Assembly (NCBI RefSeq): GCF_009914755.1
Contig: NC_060933.1
Source: the human T2T-CHM13v2.0 reference genome, Homo sapiens
Length of the DNA: 64,000 nucleotides
Direction: 5' to 3' (one strand)
The position numbers were made by a program, and so were the translations under genes. Below the pieces are notes generated by a model that had not been told where the DNA came from, did not search any database, and saw nothing but the letters and a program-made list of their open reading frames with translations. Positions 13,313 through 32,000 of the stretch are shown here, piece after piece; positions within the stretch are counted from its first letter, which is position 1; every line of letters begins with the position of its first letter.

Positions 13313-15202
13313 GTGAGTGTGGTGCGCCAGCCGCGGGGGCTGGGACCTGGGCTGGGCCAAAAGATGGGGCGATCTGAGAATGGGGCTGGGAGAGAGGACG
13401 GCAGGGGCTGCAGAGCGGAGCGCTGGGCGCGTGGGAAATGCTGGGTGGAGGAATGAGCAGGGGGCGCTCATCCGGAGGCAGCTGCTGCGAGGCTTGTTTA
13501 CCGCGGACTTTGCTCGGTCACGGTTTGCAAAGACAGCACAGTCGGCTGGCTCCACTCTGTGTACTTTCGGACAACGCGACTCACTGCGCCGGGCTCTATT
13601 TAGCTGCCAGCCCGTAGCCTCTTAGGCACCAGCCCGTTGAGAGTTTGCAGTTATTGCACCCATCTAAGGCCTGCTGTGCGCTGTTAACACTTCGGGTAGG
13701 TTCAAAAGGTGGCTCAGTCCAATGCACTTACTGCAAAAATACTTCCTGGTTTGCCGGGAGGTGGCGTGGCAGGGTCCTTGCAGCCTTTCCTCCTAGCTCA
13801 CCCTTCCACCAGTACCGCTCCGCCCTCCTGCCCTCCCTTCTTGGTGCAGCAGCCGCAGCTGTTCCAAGGCCACTGTCGAGCAGATTCTCCACAGCTGGTT
13901 CTGAAAACAATGGCCTACTCGTCCTTGATGTACTTATGAATAGCTTGTTTCACTATTTTGATCCCAGGGAGCAGGTGATCCCCAGGCCCAGGGATCTGCT
14001 AAGGACCATCTCCCACCCTTCTCCCTCAAGTCTCAATCTGCAGTTGTTTTCCCTGCTGTTTGCAAACGTTTGCCTGAGCATAGGACAATGAGATAAGTAC
14101 AAGGTCTAGGAATACTCATTCTGGAAGTATTTAGACTAAGACACTATTTACTTGCCATGAGCTCTTGGGCACGTCACTTCACTTCTGTAGACCTCTGTGA
14201 ATTTGATGAGCTGGTTAGAGAAAATGATCCCTCCCTAAGTCCTTTGAAAAAAACGACCACAAAGCAACAGCATTTTCTACTAGCTTGGAGATAAGGAAAG
14301 TTGCAACAGTGGGCCTCAAAAAGAGAAAATAATTTCATTAAATTAACTTCACAGTTGCTTTTGATTTGCTTCAAAGTAGGCTAGGAGATTTCTATCACTC
14401 CGACAGGAATGATGGAAATTATTTCTATCATTCTATCGTTTAGTTATTATAGAGTTCTATCATTTAGTGATTGTTATTTTTTAGGTTGGACAAAAATTTA
14501 AGGACAACCCTTAGGTACATAATGGAGAAGCTGGAAAGTGGAAGTCATCTTGATGAGTTTGCAAAATAGATGAAAAGATAAAATGGAAAAGATGACAAAC
14601 CAACAGGTCAGGGGATGCCTGATACCGTATCACAAAGATCAGACATACGTGTGGAGACTAACAGGTAAAACTATTTTCCACAAGAAAATTTATTGCACAA
14701 GGAATTAAGAATGTTGCTAACTCTGCAAATTAAGGACTTAATATGAGGGACGAAGACATCAAGGAGATGAGGAAATTTTATTCCTAACCATGTCTTCTGT
14801 AATTTTGCCCATGGAATGTTAATATATTCACTTAATCTAATAAATAAATCTTGTTGAAACATATTTTCTTTCTCAGTAGCTCACTGATAGCACATCAAAG
14901 ATAATACTGTCATTTTGCTGGACACTCAGACACAATTTAGAGTATTTATATATAACTTGAAAACAGTAACATTTCCAAAAACCGATGAACCCCACCCTGT
15001 CCCAAGGAATGATTGGTATGTATGTGAAGTTCATTTTCTGACAAAAATAATTACGTTCCACTTAGGATGCACAACCATGCTGTCCTGTAGAGAAGTCACA
15101 AGTTTTGTGAGAATTTTTAAACTGATGATGTTTATTTCCATGGTAACATGAGTATACATTTTACCTTCTATTGTAGTGATGAATCACAATTAGTCTTTTT
15201 TT

Positions 15203-15278
15203 ATAGGTTGGTGGAAAAGTAATTGCTGTTTTGCCATTGCTTTTAATGGCAACCACAACTACTTTTGCACCAACCTAA
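15203..15278. mobile_element. MADE1 (Hsmar1-derived MITE)
   Basis: Palindromic element taggttggtggaaaagtaattgc...tacttttgcaccaaccta with TA flanks. Confidence 0.9.
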
Positions 15279-16145
15279 TATTTATTAAGACTTTACTTTT
15301 TTGAGACACAATTTCTGAAATTGGGATTCATGTTGAGAGTCTCTAAGGTCCCTGATAATTTGTCGCATTTGTTGTTGTTTTTTGGAGAATATTTCATCAC
15401 TACTCAAATGATGGTCCTCTGGTCTGGTGGAAGCTTCGTAAGCTTTGAAGCCAGATAAACCAGGGTTTCAGACAAGTCTAGAGCAAGTCAGGATATCAAT
15501 AAGACCCAACAGGATGTAGGGCTGCCTGTCTAGGGAGACATTTAGCTTATCTTCCCCGGCAAAAAGGCTTGTCCCGCTCTCTGTGGCCCTCATTCTAGTC
15601 ATGGCTTTTTCACTCACTAGTGTGTGGCACTGAACAAGTTATAGAACCACTTTGAGACTCAGCTTTCTTGTTAACATAGGAATAAGAGCATCTCCATTAA
15701 GGCATTTTAAGAATTCAGTGAAATAATATAAGAAAAACAACTATTACATAGATATTCAAAAACAGTAAGGATGCTGGCAGTAATGAGCATTACATCAATG
15801 ACATGGGTTCCGTTGATCTTACAAAAGCAGCCCTACATGGATAATGTGGATTTGGGACTGATGAAGGCCTAGATATCTTCTCCACCAGACTGACTCTATC
15901 ATGTCATCTCCCATGTCATCAGATACTCTCTGTAGAGACGATGTTTCCAAACAAACTAACGCACAAAATATGTGTAGGTTTCCCTAGCTTCAGTTCAACT
16001 GGAAATCTTGATTTTTATTTTAAATTTAACTTTTATTAAACACATGCTATGTGCTAAGCATGCTGCTGATTGAAGTAGCATGTATGAAAGAATTGTAGAG
16101 CCTAATGTCAGGTAGTCCAGGAAATCTGAGGAACTTAAACCAATA

Positions 16146-16460
16146 CAGTAGCCCACCTTATCCATGGGAGATATGTTCCAAGACCTCCAATGGATGCTTG
16201 AAACTGTGGATAGTACCAAAGCCTATATAGACTGTTTAGTCCTATGCGTACGTACCTATTGTAAAGTTTAATTTATAAATCAGTCACAGTAAGAGATTAA
16301 CAATAATAACTAACAATAAAATAAAACAGTGTATTGCTATGTGAATGTCTCTCTCTCTCTTTCTCTCTCATTCTCTCTCTCTCAAAATACTATAATATTT
16401 TCAGACTGCAGTTGACTGTAGGTAACTAAAAGCAAAGCCATAGATAAGGGTGTACTACTA
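16146..16460 (-). mobile_element. Tigger7/MER44-like DNA transposon
   Basis: Terminal inverted repeats cagtagcccaccttatcc / gataagggtgtactacta; internal gttccaagacctccaatggatgcttgaaac. Confidence 0.78.
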
Positions 16461-16539
16461 CATTTGGTTACTTTGGTGAGACTTTACTATGTGTAAGACA
16501 CGGTGCTAGTTAAACATTTTATATGTATTATCCCGTTGA

Positions 16540-16854
<315 letters not shown>

Positions 16855-18204
16855 GAAACTTTATAATCTTTTAACTAAATGTAATTGTCACCATAATCTT
16901 ATAGACAAAGCATTGAGGTTTATTGAGCTAATGCTGAAGGTAGTAAGTGGAGGAGCCAGGATGAGGTCAGAATCTGAGATTTTAACCATGCCTATGCTGT
17001 CACTTCTTACACTTTAGAATACCTCCATGCTCATGTGGACACCTAGGAACAAATGAATATTTCTATTCTTCTCCCAGAATTTCAAAACATTAAACATGTT
17101 AAACTGTATTTTTGTTTACCATAAGCCTTCCCAGGAGGAACAAGCACTAAACACAGTCTCTGGCTTAGGATTTGGATGAACATATTCAAAAGCCATCTGC
17201 TTCCCAGCAATCATAATCATACCCTTTCCTTTTGGCCACTATCACCAAGATCTCCAGTAGTACTTCCTCTCAGTCCACAAGAACTGCCATGAGCAGTTAA
17301 AGGTTCTCCTGACACGACCAGTTCAAGTTTTAGAGCTCAATAATATTCATGATGTAGGAGTATCAAGAGCTTTTCATTGGTAGCATTTTAGTTCCCCAAG
17401 AGATTCTGTTCAGGATAAAACTTAGACCTTAGGTAACTCCCTAGAAAGAACTAGAAACTTGGAATCCTGACACCATCTTGTGTTCATTTAAGCAGTACTT
17501 TCAAATTGCTGTTTTTCCAACAGGAACTCAGTTATCCTCTTCTTCTCAAATGATATCAGTTGCACAGCACTGTGTGGTGATTTGCCAGGTGTGTGGTTGA
17601 AAACACATCCATCTGAATTGTGCTCATGTAAACTGCACTCATAGAATTCACAAGGAAAAAAAACAAGGTTGTATTTTCAGGTGTACATTTCAAAAGTCTC
17701 GATCTTAGACCTCTAAATTAAACCTGAATTATTCATTTTCTTAAAAAGGGGCTAAACACTGTGGTGGATGTTGAGATATAACTAGGACAGTATTATTTCA
17801 TTTTACAGATAAGGAAACTATGGCTTACAGAGATTAATTAACTATGATTCCCAGCCTGTTATTCAAACAAGAACCACTGTGAGCCTGGCTATCTGCTTGA
17901 TCCAAAGTAATCCCAAACTATACTATATACTATATGCACTACGAAATGTGCCCATTTACTGTGAACGAATATTTTTATAGTAATTTCATCACATATCTAC
18001 CAATGGATCTTTTGGCATTCCTTTAAAAATATTGTTCCTTTTTTTTAAAAAAATAAATGTTTCTCATTGTAAAACTTCCAATAATACAGTAATATATTGT
18101 ATAAATAAGAAGAAAAGTTCACTTAATCTTACTCCTCCCCATTTTACTCTATACTCCAGAGGAAATACTTCTGACATTTTGTTTGTTTGTTTAATCCATG
18201 AGCT

Positions 18205-23250
<5,046 letters not shown>

Positions 23251-23842
23251 TCTCAGATCTTTTTTCATGTCTTTGCCTGCATATATTTGCATTTTATATA
23301 CAGACATAATGTTGATATGTTTGGATATCATTTTTCTTATTTTACATAATATTTTTTATATTACCTGGCATTTATTAGATGATTACAATATGACACACAG
23401 TATTTCAAACACTTTTCAAGTATTATGTCATTTCATTCTCATGCCTCACCCACTTATGAGGTAGACACTATGGAGTGTTAGATAATATAAGCAAATTACT
23501 GACAGAGCTTAAGAAATTCTTATCTAGTCAAATTTTATCTTATTCTGTCACTTCTCCTATACAAACCCCAACTAGTTGCTAATTATATAGAAAAGGTAAT
23601 TACTTCATTTTTTATAAGTGATTATTCAAACACTTAATAGTTCTTTTCTAAAGCAGCTTCTGTTTACAGAGATCTGACTTAATCAGAACATTGCATTCTT
23701 CAATATGAAAAAATTAAAAGCCTTCAAACTGGACTGAACTTCAATTACACATCATTTTTAATGTAATTCAGTGATTGTTTTTCTGAGAATAATATTAATG
23801 AACCCTCTAAAATTAGATTAAATGGCTAACATGTATATATAT

Positions 23843-23845
<3 letters not shown>

Positions 23846-23892
<47 letters not shown>
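23846..23892. repeat. (AT)n microsatellite, about 23 units
   Basis: Read directly from the sequence. Confidence 0.95.
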
Positions 23893-23895
<3 letters not shown>

Positions 23896-25144
23896 AAACC
23901 CTTGTGCCTTAAGTCTGTATAGCTCAAAATCATCTTAGATTTACTTATGGTAAAAATCTTCTTAAATTTGCTCATCTGGGATGCTCATGATAACAAAACA
24001 GATTCTGTTCTTAGAGATCAGACATCATCAGAATATTTGATTCCTCAACTGAAGACATAATATCTCTCAAATAGGCTCTTATGAAAGAGTGATGTGTAAA
24101 ACTAGAACTATAATATATAACTAATGTGACCTCTCTTTGCTGGCCCACACCATGGAAAGTTAAATGATTGGGAAGGCATAGAATCAGGGCAAGAGTGAGA
24201 TAAGAATTTACTTGTCTCCTGATACAATTGGACCCATCATTTCATTTGGCAGTTTCAGATTTTTCTCTATTTTTGGTGAGCAGAATAAAGTTGTTATGTT
24301 TATACCCACCTTAGTAAATTCACAAAAAGATTTTGACACAAGCATCTGTAACAGTGAACTGTTACATCTCATTATTAAAATGATACATATTATTGCTAAA
24401 ACATGCAAAGAGTACAAAAGTATTTAAAGTAGAGGATAAAAGTTCTTCACATTCCTCTTTCCAATTCCTATTCCCTAGAGATGATTCTATGATGTCTTGT
24501 GTACCTTCCTGGAAATGTTCTAAATGCATACAACCATACCTAGTTTTATCTATACCTTAGCTGTAATGATAGACATATAATTGTGTAGGTTTAAATTTTA
24601 AAATTGAAATTCTGAGAAGTTCATGACGCAGCCATTTGTATAGGTATATATATATGTATATGTATATATATGCACTTGGCTTCAAAGCACAACTTAAAAT
24701 GCTGTGACTTTGAATAGATTGTTGGCAAAGGACACCATTCAGAGAGAGTTAGTCTATTAGTATAAAAAAATTGCAGCTGATGAGGCAAAAAGACAGAGTC
24801 AGTAATCTCCAGAAACAGGCAAGAGCATCATAGGACCATAGCATAGAAAGAAACTTGAGAGGTTATCCAGACAAATTCTCTACTCTCATCCTAGCCAGTT
24901 GATCATCAACCTTTGGTTGAACTTCTTCATCAATGAGCACTTCTCTGGCTCTCAAAGCACACCATTTCATTTTCAGATACTTCTATTCAGTATATTTGTT
25001 AATTGGCATTCCAGTTGTTCCTCAAAAGACAATTCCATAATCATTCACCATGGGACAAAAAATACTTCACCGCGTGTGCCTGAAAGTCATACGTTCATAA
25101 TTTATGATGGAAGCTTTGTTGAGTATTAAAAACATAGAAAGCTC

Positions 25145-25461
25145 AGCCAGACGCAGTGGTTCACGCCTGTAATCCCAGCACTTTGGGGGTTGAGGCAGGT
25201 AGATCACTAGAAGTCAGGAATTCAAGACCAACCTGGCCAACATGGTGAAACCCCGTCTCTGCTAAAAATACAAAAATTAGCCGGGTGTGGTGGTAGGTGC
25301 CTGTAATCTCAGCTACTCAGGAGGCTGAAGCAGGAGAATTGCATGAACCCAGGAGGCAGAGGTTGCAATGAACCAACGTGGCACCAATGCTTTCCAGCCT
25401 TGGTGACAGAGCGAAACAAAAAAGAAAGAAAGAATGAAGGAAGGAAGGAAAGAAAGAGAAA

Positions 25462-25514
<53 letters not shown>

Positions 25515-25532
25515 AAAGAAAAGAAAAGAAAA
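25145..25532 (+). mobile_element. AluS (Sx/Sz-like) with expanded (GAAA)n tail
   Basis: Full dimer; the tail has become a GAAA/GGAA microsatellite at about 25420-25532; aaagctca on both flanks. Confidence 0.92.
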
Positions 25533-25599
25533 GCTCAATGTGTTTCTCATAGGTTTGTATGTATATGACTAAAATAAAAGACTTTCAAGTGTTTGTTGC

Positions 25600-26110
25600 A
25601 AAATGAAAAAAGAATGATGATGCCTTGCCTTGGCAAGGATGGAGATAAATGGGCACTCTTCTGCACTACTGCTAGAAGTATACATTCAAAAACACCTTTA
25701 AAGTTAAACTGACACTATATTTTTAAAAAAAGAAAAATAAAAAATATACTCCTTAATTTGGCAATTCTGGTGCCAGTAACAATGTGGAAATTTATCCTAT
25801 AGAAATAATAATAAATCGGTACAAAAATGTAGTTAGTGTATACATTCGGTATAATGTATAATTAAGAAAACTGCAATGACCTAAATGGCCAATAATGGCA
25901 AATATGTTATTTATGTGAATATGATAGAAATTTATGTAGCTATTAAAATTATGTTGTAAATTTATTTATGGAACAGAGAGAATGGTTATTATGGATGTAT
26001 AAAGCATAGAACAAAAAGCTCGAATGAAATACCCTATAATGTTAACAGTGATATCATTGAATGATAAGGGTAGGGTTATAGGTTACTTTCTTTTTCTTAA
26101 GCTCCTGTAT
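25600..26110 (+). mobile_element. Very old L1 (L1ME-like) 3' fragment
   Basis: ttggcaaggatggagataaatgggcactct...tactgctagaagta and gaaatttatcctatagaaataat resemble the L1 ORF2 end and 3'UTR. Confidence 0.55.
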
Positions 26111-26167
26111 TTTGTCCAGTTTCTCTATACTAATTACATATTACAGTTTGGTAAGAAAAACTATTTT

Positions 26168-26440
26168 GAGGTCAGGAGTTCAAGACCAGCCTGGGCAACA
26201 AAGCGAGACCCTATATCTATATATATATATATATTTTTAATAAGCTGAGTGCAGTGGCATTTGCCTTAGTCCCAGCTTCTCAGGAGGCAGGGTCAGGAGG
26301 ATCTCTGGAGCCCAGTAGTCCAAGATCACAGTGAGCCATGATTGCACCACTGCATTCCAGGTTAGATGCTGACAGAGTGAGAGTGAGATCCTGCCTCCCC
26401 CAGCACCCCCCCAAAAAAAAAAGAAAAGAAAAGAAAAAAT
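26168..26440 (+). mobile_element. AluJ-like, 5' truncated and degenerate
   Basis: gaggtcaggagttcaagaccagcctgggcaac ... gtgagccatgattgcaccactgcattccag. Confidence 0.8.
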
Positions 26441-29013
26441 ATTGATAGATAAATAGATACAATAAAAATTAAAATGTTGGGCTTTGGAATAAGGTAGAGT
26501 ATAATTCAAGGAACCACAACTCTGTGTTTTTCTAGAGATGTGCTTTTAAGCACTTAATTTAAATAATGAGATGATATATGTAAAGTAGCTGAGATTCTGT
26601 CTGCTAAATAGTAACTTACTAAGCATTAGTGTTTTTGCTCTTCACGTTTGATTAGTGGTTTATCTCTTTGGCTCAGGAAAAGATGAGACCAGAATTTTTT
26701 CTACCCTTTCTCTTTCTTCCTTTTATCCTATTTCATAGAAGGGTGAATGACAATATACAAATAACTTGTTTTCCTGAACATGCTACATCGGAGTCCCTAA
26801 ATTTGGTATTGAGCGCCCCTACACAGATGCAGCACCTGGAGTGATTAGTGCCCAAGTAAGATTTAGCCATTTAAGGTTCAGAATGTCCTCTCTTTATAGA
26901 ATCAGGTGAATTAATAACCAATTGACTCTATGATTTTAGTCATATTGGCTAATGCTATATGGACAGGTCTATCATAGGAAGGCAAGGGAGTTGACAACTA
27001 CTTTAAGAAATATTTACAAACCATTCTACAGTTTCTTCATAGGGCATATGGGAGCCTGATGCTTCTTACCAGAAATAGGTGAATAAAATAGGACTCAGAT
27101 AGATGTTCATATAGGTTTTTAGAAAAGAAATAGTCTTTGCCCAGAGAGCAGAAAAGATTACAAATAAATTAAGACTACAGATAAAGCCCTTTTTAGGATT
27201 ATGCAGGAACCATGGACAAGAATCTGAGACCATACTTTAGTCTTATACAATTTTTTAATTGTGACGACAAAATTGTATTGCAAATAAATAATAATACACA
27301 AGAAGCCACCAAGTATAACTTAATTTTATCACTTAGATTGGTGATTTTAGTCACACTGTAAAACTTAATGACTTATGGTAAAGTAAATTTTATGCATTGA
27401 CAAAAATCTTTCTGCAGTTAAGTCATGTTATTTTAAAAAAATATTTTTAAGTCTCTGGGGCTAAAGATTTCCAAAGAGTGAAAGTCTGTGGACAAAATTC
27501 TCTATACATGACTTCATCTGTCACTTTCCTATTGTGCCAAATTTTAGGCTCCCTCTCTTATCTTGGTTAATAATATTGCTCACTATCTTTTTCTCCTGCA
27601 GCATAATCACCTTAGGACAGAGCTGTGACTAATCAATGCTTATATGTCCTTAATGCCTGGCCAATTATTGAGGGACTAAGCATTTATTTAATTACTGAAT
27701 TAAAGTATTCCTTAATCCTGCTTCTATTTTTTTGTGTTTGGACTACACTAGCAACATTTGCTTTTTTGTAGTGGATCATAGAAACCCAATGCCTCCTCTG
27801 CATCTCACCAGCCAAACTCAGTCATCTGGAACTTAGGTTCCTGGTTAAAGAAAGACTAAAATATATTTCCCCTGTCTATTACTGTAGCGATTCACTAAAA
27901 AGAAAAAAATAAAGAAAATAAAAGAAAAGGAGATTTACTACCTGCTTTGAAATGCTGCAGGAGAATTTCTCGTTGGTTGCAGGACCTGCTCTTTCCTCAG
28001 ATATTGTCACTCTCAGGAACCATTGTTCTCAGAGTTGTCGGAAGAGTAGAGAAATGAAAGGCAGTAGTTTTTTTTTTTTTTTCATCCCTAAGTGCACAAA
28101 GAATATGTACATGTTAGTTTTTGGCATCTTCTTTTACTATACTAAATGAGGTTTTGAAGTTTTAGGATTAGAAGAAAGAACTTACAAGGAAAAAAACATT
28201 ATTTGTAGCATTGTATATTACACATATTGACAAATGGTAAAGTCTGTGTGGTTTTAACTGAAAATAAATAGACATTTAATTCGGTAGCCTAATTTATTAC
28301 CTAAGTAGCATCAATCACTAGGGCATTAATTCCCTGACTATCCTTGGCACAGCCCTCAGTATAGACTTGGCAACTTCTGATTGAAATGTGACTTGGGCAC
28401 ATTGTCCCTGAGGTGTCTGAAGCAGTTGCTAGCAAGCTTATAGTGAGCATCGTATCAGCAGTGTTCACATAAGTAAGATGGATGAATGGAATGAGGAAGA
28501 GTAGGTTTCTTGAGTGTTCATTATAGGATTCCAGAATTATAATGAATTTTAAGGAATCGACCTGTTTTTCTCTTTGTGATTTGAAAACAGATCCAAAATA
28601 TGAAAAATGGCTACCACATATTCTAGTGTTGCAACAAAACCAGCAGCTGTGTGGGTTTCCCCCTAAAATTTTTTGTCTCTACGTGAACCTTTTAAATACC
28701 CATTTTCCCAAAGGCATCCATTTTACCACCTTGCAAGAAGCTACAGTACATACAATATTGTTGGTTTAATCTCAGTATTTTTTATTTATATCATCCAGAG
28801 GAGGATTTCCTACTAAGTGGCAGGCATTTTAAAATTTTTGTTTTGAAATAATTCCAGACTTTACGTAAAAATTGCAAAAGAGTACCAAAAGTTGCTATAT
28901 ATCCCTTATCCACATTCCCCCAGATGTAAACATTTTATATTGACCTTTCTCATTCTCCCCCGCCCTCCTCTCTCTCTCCTTCTCTCTCTCTCCTGCCCTC
29001 CTCCCTTCTTTTT

Positions 29014-29037
29014 ACACACACACACACACACACACAC
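29014..29037. repeat. (AC)12 microsatellite after a CT-rich tract
   Basis: Read directly from the sequence. Confidence 0.93.
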
Positions 29038-32000
29038 TTTTTCTTAAACATTTTTCAACTTTCTTAAGAAATTTGCACATGATATCACTGTTCCTCAAAA
29101 TAATTCAGTGATCATTCCCCTCCTCCAAAAGAACAGTTGTGGGGCATAAATGTTGTCCTTCGTCCATCGTGTGTACACTGTTGTCACACAATTAATGCCA
29201 CAATTAATGACTTATGTCACTTTATTTCTGCTGACTTCAGACCTGTCCTAGGAATATTTTTCGACAGAGCTCTGCAAGTGGTCACCTCCCTTAAATCAGA
29301 AACATACCTGAGGCCAGTATTCAGGTAGATAATACAAGTGGGTCTGCCTAAAGCATAGGAGGGTTGATTAGAAGAACATGCCTTTAATTTCTCACCTTTC
29401 TATTGGATTAATGCCAGAAATTCAGTTCTCACAAATCATCTTTTCAGCCAGAGCTTCTGACCCATATGAAAATATAAAATAGTAGCTGGGAGGTTTGGGA
29501 CTATACATGGTATTTAGTAAATATATTTTGAATGTTAGATGAAGTAACAAAACAATTGCCTTGCAATAGCTGTATGGAAGCAAGAATTCTGAGAACCAGT
29601 TTTGTTAGAAGAGGAAAGTGAGAATGAAAGACACAGGAAAAATAAATAATTTCTTAGCACTTTTGTCTAAAAAAAAAGATTTCTCCTGTGAGACATTATT
29701 TTGCATTGTACATATTTTGCATAGTGTACAAAGCACTTTGATGTGTGCCACATCTTCTCTCCTCAGTCCTGAAGTTATGAGGATACAATGATTAAATAAT
29801 GAATGTAACATTTGCAGCATACATTTAAATACAATATTTGCAGCATATATTTGCTAGGATAGAGTATTTGTCCAATAAATGTGTCTATTAATAATGGCCT
29901 TCTCCCTGATGTTATAGTTGCTTTGTCAAGGAAGTGAAGAATCAAACTATGCTATCACTATTATCATAAACGACATTAGATTTACTTTTTTAAAATTCAT
30001 ACAAACTCTTTTTGGGGATTATATTTAGTAGTGAAATCCACATATTAAATTGACTCTTGAAAAATATCCACTTGTTTTTTCTTGAATCTGGCTATGATTC
30101 GTGTTTTTCAGGAATCCTGACCCTGACAACCCTGAGAAGTGAAACAGAATTTTACCATTTATATTTGTGCTTCTTTTTAAATTTGATTTTGTGTTTGCTT
30201 TGTAATGTAGTACTAGTTCCAATTATTCCTTATTTGGAAGTTTCTAAAAATTAGTTTGAAGATGCCGGAATAATTATGTGAGAAGAAACTTAGAATAACT
30301 AAGAGATTTATGGTCTCTATATATGTGTTTTTGTCAGTCTGGAAAAACGAACTAGAACATAAGAAGGACGATTTTGGTAGTCACTGGGCCCATGCTGATT
30401 AACCCAGATTGCATGTCACCTTAGTAGGGGTCAAACTTATAATGATTTAGAAGTAGATCTTGAAATTTCCCCTACTCTGTCTCATCCCCCTCCCTCCAAT
30501 TATCATCCTTCAGTAGCCTGAGAAATTATAAAATAAAGTTACCACCCTGTCTACCAATGTGCATTCTGCTTCAGGGCAATCTTATACCACAGAGAAATGA
30601 AATCTAGATTTTCTATACCAATATGTTTAATATAAAACAACCATTTTCTTAGATGTCTGTTTTGATATGATTTAGGTTATCACTTAATGAAGGTGATACT
30701 TATCAGTGTACTTATATTTGTTGTCCATGACTTAACCTTATAGAATTAGACCGATGCATGTCCTGTCTTTCCTGCTAGGCATTTTTTGGACTTGTTTGGT
30801 TACTCAACAGCCGTGTTTCTTTTATTGCCCTCCTTTCCAACAATGTTACAATTTACATATACAAGTGGGATTATAAGAGACTAATTTTGTAAAAGGTGGA
30901 ACACATATTCAGTGAAGCAATTGACTATTTCCACTCGAAGTTGAAATCTTATGGGGATTCATACATGATATGATCAAAAATTTTGAGAAGATCTTAATGA
31001 CCATTGTGCATTATGATAAAGACAGTGAAAAGCTGCTTCAAATGGTATCCCATCTAGTCATAGTACAAAGAAATCTCTTTATTGAACGGTAGCTTTACTT
31101 AGTACCAAAGACGGAAAACCACCATGCTTTGAAGAGTGGTGCCTGCACAAAATGGAACTGCTCAAACATTTTGATTTAATTAATAAATAAAATGAGCTCA
31201 AAATATGGTCATTAGTAGTCAATAAATAAATAACAAGGCTTAATTCAAAAAATGGATGCCGCTTTCTGTGTTAGAGGCTTTTAAATAATTATAGCACAAA
31301 CTTGTTATTGGCATTAATAAACAAGCCTGTTGAAATGATTATTGTTAGAGTCAAAACCATTAACCATTAATTAAGCCTCCTAGGAGTAATATCAGATGTC
31401 CACATTGTTGAGTTTAAAACGGAGATACAGAGACTGAGTGATTCGCAGTGGACAAAAACAAAGCCAGCTTTCCCCCTTCCTAAACTGGTTGTTCCGAGTG
31501 CCATGCAGCAGCCAATATAAACAGAGAAAATGTATTTCCATGTATACTTTAATTCCAAAAGTCCAAACATCATTACTGAGAATGCTCAGTAATTTCATAA
31601 CATTAAATGTTGGGTCATTTTTGTTTGCTTTCTGTCTTAAGACAAATGGATTCTATTTGGATTGCACCCAATTCTGTTACTTTTTTTAAATATCATTAAG
31701 TTGATTTTGTGTCAACAAGATCAAATAACTTGAAAAACTTACCCTCTACATGAAAAATCCCCAATGTCCTTTTGTAAACAAAACTTGGAGTTACTCAAGT
31801 GCATTAACTCTTCTGAGAACAAATAAAATGAGTTAAGTATATGCTGAGAATGTCAGATTGGTTCATACACTTGGAAATGAATTTAACAAGAATCATTTGC
31901 CATCTCTATGACCATACACATGAAATTAATTTTGCCTCAGCCAAAAATCTTGTTTGCTACAATTAAACACTGATGATGCAAATCTATAGTAAACATACAT

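Larger units (their letters stand above)
12770..13640. promoter_or_regulatory. CpG island over the LURAP1L 5'UTR, exon 1 and intron start
   Basis: Abrupt rise in GC and CpG density against the CpG-depleted AT-rich background; boundaries by eye. Confidence 0.85.

Noticed and set aside
12992-13456. 154-aa single-exon ORF from the track
   Set aside because: It reads through a consensus donor at 13313. The conserved LURAP motif continues only after splicing to 58713, and the tail (VSVVRQPRG...) is intronic.
13017-13555. Antisense ORFs with poly-Ala/Arg over exon 1
   Set aside because: Shadow frames of the GC-rich repeat-containing CDS, with no independent support.
13645-14091. 148-aa ORF near the intron start
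   Set aside because: TTG start, no recognisable domain, moderately GC-rich CpG-island shore; most likely chance.
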